Positions 26,501-38,500 of a stretch of 64,000 nt of DNA are shown piece after piece. The notes under the pieces were generated by a model, which did not search any database, had not been told where the DNA came from, and saw only the letters and a program-made list of their open reading frames with translations. A program made the translations under genes and the position numbers. The stretch is from contig NC_045697.1 in the NCBI RefSeq assembly GCF_009834535.1, forward strand, positions 1,490,001-1,554,000. The letters are read 5' to 3'. Each line of letters starts with the position of its first letter. Within the stretch, counting starts at the first letter, position 1. The DNA comes from Camelus ferus (lineage: Eukaryota).

Positions 26501-29500
26501 GACTTGTTTCTTCATTCATGAATAGAGATACATTAGTGTTTCCTGGTTTGGGCTGTTACCAATAAAGCTGCTGTGAACATTTGAGGACAAGTCTTTGTGT
26601 GGACAGAGTTCATTTCTCTTTGATAAATACCTAGGATTGGAATTGCTGGGTTATGGGATAAGTGTAAGATTAACATTATAAGGAGCTATCGTGCTGTTTT
26701 CCAAAATGCTTACAGTTTTCTGGCCCTGTGTGAGAGTCCCCCTTGGAATCTGTATCCTCACCAAGGCTGGATGGGGATAATCTTTAATTCTAGCCATTCT
26801 AGTGGCCTCTGGTGTTACTTCATTGTGGTTTTAACTTGCATTTTCATTTTCTTAATGAGCTGTTGAGCATCTATCTGCATCTCTTCGGTGAAGCGGCTGT
26901 TGAGACCTCTTGCCTGTTTGTCTTACTGTTGAGCTGTGAGAGAGCTTTATATACCCCGAATACAAGCCTTTTTGTCAGGTGTGTTTCTCAGACATTTTCT
27001 CCCAGTGTGTGGTTTGCCTTTTCATTATACAACACTGTTTTTTGAAGCTCAAAAATTTTAAATTTTGATCAAGTCCAGCTCATCAATTTTTAAATGATTT
27101 GGACTTTTTGTGTTCTCTATGAGAAATCTTTGCTACCTGAGGTTTGTAAAGATTTTTTGCCCTGTGTTTTTTCTAGATGTCTTATAGGTTGAGCTTGCAC
27201 ATTTGATCTGTGATCCATTTTGAGAGAAGTTCTGTGTCTGTTGTGAGGCGAGGGTTGATGTTTACCCTTTTTGCACACGGGTATCCAGTTGTCGCAGAAC
27301 TGTCTGTTGAAAACTCGATTTTTCCTGGTTGAAACATTGTGGCGTCTTTGTCAGGAGTCAGTTGGCTCTGTGTGTGGGTCTACTTTTGGACCTCCACTCT
27401 GCATACATACCCATGCTTTTGCCAGTACTGTGCTGCCTTGACTCCTGAAGCTTTCTATAGTAAATTAATGAAATTCGGTAGTAGAAGTCCTCGAGCTGTG
27501 TTCTTTTAAAAAAAATGCTTTGGCTATTCTAGGTCCTCTGCATTCCCCCGTAGAGTTTCGAATCATCTCGCCAGTTTCTGTAGAAAAGCCCACCCTGCAC
27601 TATAGACCAGTCTGGGGAGAGTCTCCCAGTCCATGGATGTGGGATGAATTTTCATTTATTTAGTTTTTAACTTTATTCTTAGAATAGTTTGTAGACTTCA
27701 ATGTATGGCCTTTGCACAAAGTGTATTGAAGAATTTCCAAAATATTTCACAATTTTCCTTGCTATTTTAAATGGTACTTAAAAAATTTCAGTATCCAATT
27801 GTTTATTGCTAGTGTATAGAAATGCAGTTGTTTTCTGTATCCTGTGAAGACTCACTTACTAATTTTAATGGTCTGTGGTAGACTCCTTAGGGTTTTCTGT
27901 GTCGTTGATCACATCATCTATAAATAGTGCAGTTTTTCCTTTCCACTCTATATTTCTTTTTTTTTCTTTTTTTTTTTTTTTTTTTCCTTGCTTTATTCCG
28001 TTGGCTGGAGCCCTCATGAAAAGAAGTGATGTGAGCAGATGTCCTTCCCCATTCCCAGTCTTGGGGGAAAGCATTTAGTCTTTCACAATTAAGTGTAATG
28101 TTGGGTGTAGGATTTTAGAGACCAGATTGAAGAAGTTTACTTCTGTTTTCAGTTTGCTGAGAGTTATCGTGAATGGATATTTAATTTTGTCAAATTCTAT
28201 TACATCTATTGAGATGATCATAGAGTTCTTTTTTAGTTTGTTAATAAAATTAATTATAGTGATTCCTGAATTGTGGAGTGGCTTTTGCATTCCTGGGATG
28301 ATCCGCACTTGATTGTGATGCATTCTCTTTTCTGTAGGTTTTGCTGCATTGGATTTGCTAATGCTTTGTAAGAACTATTACTCTGTGTTCATGAAGAGTA
28401 TTAGTCTGTTAAGTTTCTTATCTGACAATATCTTTTGTGGATTTGGTATCAGGGTAATGAGTACCTTTTAGAATGAACTAGGAAGTATTCTCCCTTCTTT
28501 AATTTTCTGAAGGAGTTTGGGTAGAATTGTTATTATTTCTACCTTAAAAGCTTGGTAGAATTCATGAGTGAAGCTGTCTTGACCTGGAGTTGGCAATATT
28601 GGGAAGGTTTTGAACTATGCGTCCAATGCACTTGGTAGCAGTGGTCTCACTTCATGAGTGAGACTTGTTAATTTTTGTGTTTAAAGAAGTTGCATAATCA
28701 CTTCACAATACATGTAAGTCATTATGCTGTACATTCTAAATGTACACAGTGCTGTGTGTCAATTATATCTCAGTAAAACTGGGGTGGGGAGAAATTTGCC
28801 CATTTTATGTCGAATGTAGTGGCATGAAGTTGTTCAGAATATTCCCTTGTCTTTAATTTTTGTAGGCTCTGTAATGATTGTGTGGCTTTCATTCCTTTTA
28901 TCGGTTGCTTTAGTTTTGTTTCTGTCTCTTTTTTTCCCCCCGATAACCTGGCTAGAGGTTTATCTTTTTGTTGTTGTTGGTTCTTTTCAAAGAACCACAT
29001 TTTGCCTTCCTTGACTTTCCATTTTCTATTTCATTAATTTCTGTTGTTAGGTTTACTACTTCTTTCTTTACACTTAATTTATTATTCTTTTGGTTTTTTT
29101 AGGGTAGAAGTTTGTATCATTGATTTGAAACCTTCTTCTGTTATGTGTGTTTAATTCCATAGAATTCTCTCTAAGCATTCCTTTAGCTGCATCCACAATT
29201 TTGGTAAGTTGTATTCTTCATTCTGTTCAAAATATTTTAATTGCTCTTAATATGAGTTATTCTTTGACCCATGAATTATTTAGAAGTATGTTTTTTCACT
29301 TCCAAATATTTTGGAGTATTTTCTAGGTACTATTTTATTTTATTTTTATTTTTATTTTTTAGAGCAGTTTCAGGTTCACAGCAGAATTGAGCAGAAAATA
29401 CAGAGTGTTTGCACATAGCCCTCCCCACCCACACATATGTGCTCCCCTGCACTCAGCATCCCTCATCAATGTGGCATATTTGGCACAATCGGTGAACCAG

Positions 29501-32500
29501 CATGGACACATTATCATCAACCAAAGTCCATAGTTTACATGAGGGTTCACTCTTGATGTTGTACATTCTGTGGGTTTTGACAAATGCATGATGACATGTA
29601 GCCACCACTGTAGTGTCATACAGAATAACTTCATTGCCCTAAAAATCCTGTGCCCCATCTGCTCATCCCTCCCTCCCCCCCTCTGTCCAAACCCCTGGAA
29701 ACCACGATCTTTTTATGGTTTCTGTAGCTGTGCGTTTTCCAGAATGTCCTTTGGTTGGAATCGTACAGTTTGTAGCCTTTTCAGACTGGCTTCTTTCATT
29801 TAGTAATATCTTTTAAGTTTTTTCTATGTCTTTCATGGCTTGATAGCTCATTTCTTTTCTTTTTTTTTTTTACTGCACATATATTTTTTAACTTACATAT
29901 ATGTACTGTTCATTGTTTCTAAGAACGTTTAGAGCTTTAGCTTTCATAGTTATCAAAGGAATAAGGCCAACCACAAAATAAGAGTTAATTCAAAAAGATA
30001 CATACACCCTGCTATTAACAGCAACATTATTTATGATTGCCAAGATACGGAAGCGCCCCAAGTGCACATCAATAGTGGAATAGATAATGAAGGTGCAGCA
30101 TATGTACACGTAATGGAACACAACTCACCCATAAGAAGGGAGGGTATTTTGCCATTTGTGGCCCTTCATTCACTTTTTTTTTTCACTTCAAAAGCCAGAA
30201 TTTTGTAACCTGCATAAACATTTCTATTACATCAAAATCAACAAAATACCTGGAAATAAACTTCACCAAGGAGGTTATCTATTCTCTGCAAACCGAAATG
30301 ACACAAAGAAATAGAAAGATTTCTTGTGCGCTTGGATTGGAAGAATCAACACTATCAAAATGGCCACACTACCCAAAGCAACCCACAGATCCAGCGCTAC
30401 CTCCGTCAAAATACTCGTGACATTCGTCACAGAACTAGAGCAGACAATTCCAAAATTTATAAGGAACCACAAAAGGCCTTGAACAACCAAAGCAATCTTT
30501 TGTGGGTCTCTTTTTTTTTTCTGCTTTCTTCTTTTTGTTCTCTTTCCTTATGGTTTAATGACTAGAGAAGGTCCTTTAACATCTGTTGTAATAGATACCT
30601 TTTTAAAATTGAGGTATAGTTGATGTACAACGTTATGCTAGTTTCAGTTGTATGTATTGGATTAATTGAATTTTTATGACCCTTTTTTACCTCCTCTTGG
30701 CTTCTTACCTGTATCACCTTGTTTCATAATTTTTGGTGATTCTAGAATATATGTCTTTAACTTTTCAACCTCTACTTTCACGGATTAGTGTATACTGAAC
30801 ATGTAGCGTAAGAACCTTACAGCACTGTGCGCAGAGCATCATCAGTTTTTGTGCTAATGTAGTCATATTTTTTCCCATATAATAAACTTCCACCATAGAT
30901 TTTTATTATTTTTGCTGTAAGTAGTTATCTTTTTAAAAGGTTTTGGAAATGAGCAGAGTCTTTGGCGTATGTCTTTGTCACATGTGGCAGTCTTCATCCC
31001 TTAACACAGCCGTGGCTTCATTTGGGGCCGTTCTCCTGTCTCAGGAACGGCCTTTATTTGACATTTCTTGTAGCGCAGGGAAGCTTCTGGTTGTCCGACT
31101 GAGAGCTTTTATTTTGCCCTCCTTTTAACAGACCCTTGTCAGTGGTGTCCTCTGCCTGCGCCTCAGGCGTGGTGTCACCACCGGCTCTCAGCGCTGCGCT
31201 GTGTGCCAGGTGTGTTTGCTCTGTATGTATTGTGCTTGGGATTACGTGAGCTCTTACACTGTCCTTTTACAGTTTCATCAAGCTTGGGAAATCTTCAACT
31301 ATGTATTCATATAGCCTCCTTCTTCTCGAACACGGTTACCTGTAAGGCATCTTGATTTTGTCTTACAAATTCTTTTTGCTTTTTTTCAGTCATGTTTCTT
31401 GCTCTGCTTCATTTTGGATTATTTTTCATTACTTGTCCTCGGGTTTATAGATACTCTGGTCTTAAGTCTATCTTGTATAAATTTTTTCTTTCAAGACATT
31501 TCACTCTTGAAGTCCCATCTGCTGCTTATTCAGTTTCTCACCGCATCATCTCTATGTTTTCCTCTCCTTTCTTGAACATGAAGTTTATTTATAGCCTCCA
31601 GTTTCGGGCTCTTGCCTGCTGATTGCATCACCTCTGTCATTTGGGGTTCCGTTTCTGTTGATTGCCCCCCCCCCCAGGTTTGGTGTCATATTTTCCTGCC
31701 TCCCAGCTTTGCCATTGGACACTGAACACTGTTCGTTATGTCATTGCAGTGTCAGGTGTTGTGTTCTTGACACATGTGGGACTTGGGACATAATAGCTGA
31801 AGTTAAGTCTGTCTAAGGTGAGCGGTATAAGGCCACACGGTCAGCGTGCGCCCTCTTTTGAAAGGCCCCCTGCTGGCGGGAAGCGGTCCTTCCCAGGTTC
31901 TTGGTAGCTGCTCTGAGCCCGGCCGCGTGCCGGGCAGCAGCGTTGTGCTGGTGCACAGTGCCCCTGGGGCTGGGGTACAGTGGAGGGCAGGGCGCGCTGG
32001 GTCACCGAGCTGATCTTCTCCCGGTGGACACAGGGGAAAGACAGGAGATCCTGGGAATTCAGATAGCAGCGTGTGCTGGAGGAGATGGGCTGGGTGACTG
32101 GGGTCAGGAGGGGTCAGCTCACCACTGATGTGAACAGGGCCCTTGAGCTTGAAGACTGACTAGCTGGTGACAGGGGGTCGACACCCAGACCTGTGGTGGG
32201 AGCCCCGAAGACGGGAGCGGAGGGGTATGGGGGCCAGGACGGGGCCAGGACAGAGGAGCGGTGCTTCAGGGCGAAGAGCGGCGGGTTTGGAGCTGAGACG
32301 CAAACACTGACAGCTGGTTGGCCGGCCTCCCTGAGCAGGTGATCTTTCTGCTGATTGCTAGAGGGGGTTCTGTCCAGGGCCCTTCAGAGGTTCGGTGGAT
32401 TCACACTTCAGGGGGGGCAAGGGCAGTGGGAGACCTGCAGGCCAGGAGGAAGTGGAGAGTTTGTGCACGGGAGGAATGGGAGGTGTCTTTGCAGGGGCCG

Positions 32501-35500
32501 CGTGCCCTCACTTACACCTGAACCCCGCCCTGGCTCCTCGCGTCCGGGCAGGCGGTGTGCCGTCCCCTCGGGGGTTGTGGGTGTCCTTGGGATTGGAGGG
32601 AGGGGGACGGCCTTGCTGCCGGGCGTGACAGTGGAGGAGAAGGAGAGAGTCGCCGCCTCCGTTGACGTGAATGGGCCTGCTGCTCCCAGTCCGACGGCCC
32701 TGACCCACCTGTCAGACGTGTCGCCTTGCCAGTCACTTTGGGAACCAGAATGGTCTTATTTTCAGGTGTCCGAGTCCTATCTGCGGAAAATCCCAAGTGT
32801 CTCCCTCGTTCAGAGCTCCTCGCCTGACCTGAGTGGATGACGGGGACGGTTGCGGGGTCCTGCATCCTCGTGCTTCTGGCTCTTCCATTCTTGCTGCTCT
32901 GTCTGCTTCTCTTTAGTGCCCGGGCAGGGTCCTCACAGGCTGCCCAGGGAGGTGGCTCTCGCTTGTAGGAGGCCCTGGTGTAGGTTTTCCTAGCCCTCCG
33001 CTGGGACCTGGCACCAGGCTGCCTACTGGGGACTGTATGACACCCCCATCCCTGCTTGGCCCCCCCCTGTAATTCGGGATCTGCTCATCCAGCAGGAACC
33101 TTTTCAGGTAGGGTTCTCGTGATGGCACCACCTGGTGCTGGCTATCCCTTGCTCCCGACCCCTGTCCACTGGAGAGGCTCTGACTAGTCCCCACCCTCCC
33201 CACCTAGGCTTTCTTGTCTCAATGTCAGATACCCGTGTCCGTGTGCCCAAACTCCACGGGGCGCGCGCAGCCTGGGAAGAGTCTCCTTGCGCTTTGCCTG
33301 GCAGTGGAGTGCTTCTGATGCCCGAGCCCACTCGGGCTGCGGAGGGTGGGGGCGGGTGGTCTTCCCTTGGCCCGCCAGGGCGGGGGAGGAGCCCACCCCA
33401 CGTCCCTCGGGAGCTCTCCCGAGGCCATGCCCTCTGCGGGCTGTGGGGGCGATGGTGGTGGAGGTGGCTGCCCTGCTGTGAGCCCTTCTTCACCACGTGG
33501 GGTCAGGAGCCCGTGCCCCCAGATGTCAGAGTCCCCTCTGGGCCCCGTCCCCGAGGGACAAGGTGGCGGCTGGGTGGGTGGTGGGATCGGGTTCTGAGAC
33601 AGGAGAAGATGAGGGAGGAAAAGGAGCTGGTGGGGGGCGAGGCTGTCTTCGTGTTCTAGACAGTGGCTGCTGCATGGGAGGTAAGGCGGTCTGGGCCCGT
33701 GGCATCCTGCCTCGTGATCCTGGCTCCTGTCCCTCCGTCAGAGCGGGTGGTGGCTTATGGGACTCTGAGCACAGAGAGGCCGCGACCCCCACCCTCACAG
33801 GGGGCTCCGAGTAGCCACCAGCTCCACCAAGTGCTGTCCTGGCGACGTGGGGCTCTCGCCGCAGGGTAGGGTGCGCCAGGGTGGACATTGGGGTGGGTGT
33901 TGTGAGTACTGAGAGGACACTGGGAGTTGAATCGCTCTTTTTCTGAAGTAGGAAAGAAGTTCATTGCCGGTCCTCCTGTGATTATGATGTAACTACCAGA
34001 AGGAGAAGAAAAGATGCTTCCGAATAAAGTTCTTGGGGGTCAGAGAAAGTTTCCTGTGTAATTAGTGTCGGTTAAAATGTTTTCTTTTCAATGTGTAGGC
34101 TTAACATTTTTTCTAAAAGGCATTTTCCTGAAGAGTTAATAAGAAATCTGTTCTGTTTCCTTTGAAGCAGGGCCAAGACTTCCTTCTGCACTCCCCCCTG
34201 GGTTCACAGCCGGAGGCCGGCGGTGGCAGTGGGAGGCTGGCCCTGGGCGCTCAGCCGCTGTCCCCGGCCGGGCTGGGCGCGGGCCCCTCAGATGCGGCAT
34301 GTGCCTGCGAGGCCTGCAGCGAGCGCAGGTATGGCCCGCAGGGGATGGGACAGCACTCGTCTGAGCCGCTCCCCAGAGTAAGACAGCCGCCTGAGGAAGA
34401 GAGGCTCCTGCTTGGTTCCTGCCCAGGGGATGAGGCGGAGGGGGCTCGTCCTCAGAAGGGGAGGGAGGCTCTGAATGTTTAGAACCTCAGAGACGCCCCT
34501 CCCCGGCGGCAGGGCTGAAAGACGGCGTCTGCGGGCCGAGTAGGGACTGGGGCCGGTGGGCATCTTGATGCTGACAGTCAGGGAGGTGGAGGGGACTGGG
34601 TGGTGTGGACCTTCCTGTGATGCGAGGGGGTCTGGAAGCTCCTGGAGACGAGACCTCAGGGCCTGGACGGCTCGGGCGCAGGGCAGTGCAGGGACACGCC
34701 TCTGTCCTCCCTGGGGGTGACAGCAGACCACACAGCCGCCCAGCACGGGGAGCTGGGTGTGGAGGCCTGGGGTGTCGGGAGAGGCGGGGAGGATGCTGGT
34801 TGTGGCCACGAACTCTGACCTCTGTGCTGTCATGCTGCCCCACAGGGACATTTCGGCGGAGACGGAGCGGGAGCCTCAGCAGCTGCAGAACTGCTGGTCA
34901 GAAGTGCGCTACATGGTCCGCTGCATTTACCGCCAGGCGGGGACCCCGCTGGCAGATGACCAGGACCAGTCTCTGGTGCCCGACAAGGAGGGGGTGAAGG
35001 AGCTCGTGGATAGGTACACGGGGCCCCGGCCCCGGCCCTCCCTCCCTGTGGCCAGGGGCCTCCCTCTGCTCGGGCTGGGCCTCTCAGGACCCGCTGGAGC
35101 CTCCACTGCGCCAGCTCAGCCCCGCGGGCAGTGCGGGCCTCCCGCAGACAGACTGGGTCAAGTGTCGCATTCTCCTTCTACTGGACCGCTCATTACCTGT
35201 GTGATAAACTTGAGTGGAAGCGTTTCTGTCATTTGTCAGTGTTGAGACAGTGACACTCCTTTTGGGCACTTGTGCCAGGGGTGGCTCTGGGCACTTCCTC
35301 AAGCACTCTTACTTTAGTGGCCCGAGGCAGAGAGGCAGTTACGGGTTAGGAGGTGAGAAACCTGAGGCTCTGCGAGGCGGCACGGGCGGAGAGCTGGCAC
35401 CGCAGCCTGCTGGCGTGGGTGCTCCTCCCGGAGGAGGGGCTTAGGTGTGGCGTCTGTGCTCCTGCAGGTGCCTTGTGCCCAGTGATGTAGAGTCTGAGGT

Positions 35501-38500
35501 AGGCATAATTGTTATTCTCCCTCATAGTTTGCAGCATCTTTTTTCTCTTTTTTGAAGTGTTCTAAATGAAAGCAATAAATTTGAGCAAGGTGTTCCGTGG
35601 GTCGGTTCTCGTTTTGGTCTTTCTCTCACATTTTGAAATCAGCCCCTCTGGGGCCCCATTTGCCACGCAGGGAGTGCATCGTGGAGGTGGGGGGTGGGGC
35701 GGGCTGTGGGCTGTATGACTGGTCGATGATTCGGGTTTGGCCTGTGAACCTCTGGTGTTGTGTGAGGTGGTTTTGGGTGGTGTGCCTTTTCTGGAAGTTA
35801 GATTTCCTAGGGAGTGTTAGGGAAGAATGTATAACCTGCGCGTCAAACCTTTGCAGTTTACGAATGCTTAGAAAGAAGCCGAGTGAAATGAAAGTTTAAA
35901 GAAAACGTTCAGCAAGTACTAATACAGGTGAGGGATGGTACAGCAGAAGTTGTGAAGGTCTGTGTGAACTGTGGGGTCCGGGAACAGCAGCACTCTCATA
36001 ATGAAACTTGCTTTTAAGAGTGTGAGAAGTTCCACGCCCCTATTTGAGGTACGCACATGTTTTTCCTAGTCTCTATGTCTAAGAACGTCCCTTTTTGGGT
36101 GTTTGAGTGTCAGTGCACACCAGGAAGGCGCTGTCCGTAGAGCCCGTTTCTAGGAGCCTGCACGGCTGGGGCGGTGAGCCGTGGCCCCTCTCCGCGGCCC
36201 CCAGCCCTGCCTGCTCTTGCTTTGCACCCCTCCCCCGTCCTCACACACTCACACTGCATTCCAGCCGCACTGGCTCTGGTGCTGTTCCTACCCCGGGGCC
36301 TTGGCGTTTGTGCTCTTCTCTCTCTAGAATGTTCTTTCTTGCTTGGGCTTTCTTTTCCTCCCTTCTATTATTCACACTGGTCTTCAGAGTCACTGTCTCA
36401 GAGAAGCCACCCTGCCTGAAGCCCGAGGGGCCTCCCCTATCACTCTTGGTCCCCTTAACCTCCTTTTGTGTCGCATGACTGCCACCACCTGGAACCGCGT
36501 GTGCTGTAAGCATCGGGAGGGCAGAGGGTCTGCTTCCCTGGGTTGGTCCCCACTGTGGCTCCGTGTTTGCTGAATGTGTGTGGCTGAGCTGCTGCAGCAT
36601 CTTGGTCGTATAACGTTTGCAAAAGTACCATGCGGTTGCTTCATTGAATTCATAAGGTACAGAAATGGACAAAGAAATAAGATAAAATGCATATTTAATT
36701 CCACCGTACTGAGAGGACTGAGAAGGGGACGTCCAGTCTACTTGTAACTTTGATTGTCCCTGTGTCATTTGAGTCTTTTGTGACTTTTCTTTAACAGATG
36801 AAATACATTCTGTTTCAGGGACAGTTGTTACACTAGTAATTAAAATTATGATTATGCTGAGCTAAAAAATGAATGCATCCATCTGAACTGTGCCACCCAC
36901 AGTGGGAGTCCCATCCGTACTCGTTGTCTCTCTGGCCACGTTTTGTGTAAGGCCACCTGTGTTCCAGTTTTACTTGACTCTTGTTTTTTGCAGCCTCAGT
37001 GGTGTAATTTGAAAGTGGAGCAGGTGATGACCTACGTTCATCTCTTGACCCAGAGTGGTGCCTAGAGGTGAAAGTTTCCACTGTGTAAAATCCAGGGGCT
37101 GTAGCTTAGTGTATTTTACTTACAACCTGGGTGCTATGCTCGAGTGGCCCCCCGTCCCGGGACGGGCTGTAGCTGGATGTTGTAGTCGTGGCTTCAGTGG
37201 TCGTGGGGTTCCGTCTGTGGGCTCCCAGAAGTGCACAGTTGAAACAAGTGGCCATGCCAAATACTGTAGAATGTTTTTAAAAGTTGGCTGTCTCCATGTT
37301 AGGAAAGACGTATGAAAATGATCATTGCTCTTGTGACCTGATTGGGGGCATGTATTGATATTTTTTCTCTCATCTTCAGCTTACAAATTTTATAAATTTT
37401 TTTTTTGGTGGGATAATTTTAAAGAGATATACAGTCTCTTAAGTTTCCTTTGATTATTAAAAACGACAAGCCCATTTGGATTGAATGAAGAAGAAAGAGC
37501 AGTCTACTCAGCCCTCCAGGCTAGGTGTCACCTCCTCTGGGTCCTTGCTTTTCAGCTGTCTGCGCACAGTGGTGGTCTTCAGCCCTGGGTTTCAGTAGTT
37601 CTGTGGTGGAGGGCATGCGCCCACCAGCCGCCGAGGCTCTGCTGTGCGTGTCCGCCACCTGCTGGCCATGTGCAGCCGGCGACTCTCAGCCCCTGAGCCT
37701 GGCCTCAGACCAGGGCTTGACGCGGGGTTTGCCGCAGAGCGCGCTCTCAGCAGATGCTGGCATTTCTGTCATCTGGCCGATGACTTTGGGGCCCCTCTGC
37801 GAGCAGGGCGACTGAGAGAAGACGCGGATGTCGTTAGGCGCGCGGCCGCACAGATGCCCCACGAGGGACCAGGGTGCCACCTCGCTGAGTGGTGACTATC
37901 TCTCTCCTGCGCAGGCTCTGTGAGAGGGACCCCTACCAGCTGTACCAGCGGCTGGAACAGCAGGCCCGAGAGTACGTGCTGGAGATGAAGGTCCGGCTCC
38001 TCCGGCAGCTGTCGGCTGCATCCAAAGTGAAGTCGCCATCCGCCCTGCAGGGACCCCCACAGGCGCACCAGTTCATCTCCCTTCTCCTTGAGGAGTATGG
38101 CGCCCTGTGCCAGGCGGCCCGCACCATCAGCACCTTCCTCGGCACCCTGGTAAGTTGGCCGCGGCCTCCGGGCAGAGGCCTGTGTGTTGCTCTCGGCCCG
38201 CCACACCCGCCCCTCTTCCACGGCATGCAGGCCAGCAGAAGGGAGCCTGAGCCTCTCCCCTCCTCCCTCTGACTTCGCTTCTGGAGGAGAGTGTTGAAGG
38301 GAGTGCTCTCTGGTGACACGTCGTGCAGATACCGTTTGGGGACCTTGAGGCCTAGGGAGTGAGGCATGGGGACAGTGCAAGGTGAGGACGGTTCATTACT
38401 AGGGAGAAGGAGGAGGAACGACTTGTATCCCAAGCTGTTGACTTGCTGTTCCTGGAGACAGAGGCTTGCGTCTGGTAAGGAGTACGGGGAGCGCCTACAA

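Noticed and set aside
32300..33960. Dense stack of 100-170 aa ORFs
   Set aside because: Same GC-driven artefact; no exon here is needed to keep the A-B frame.
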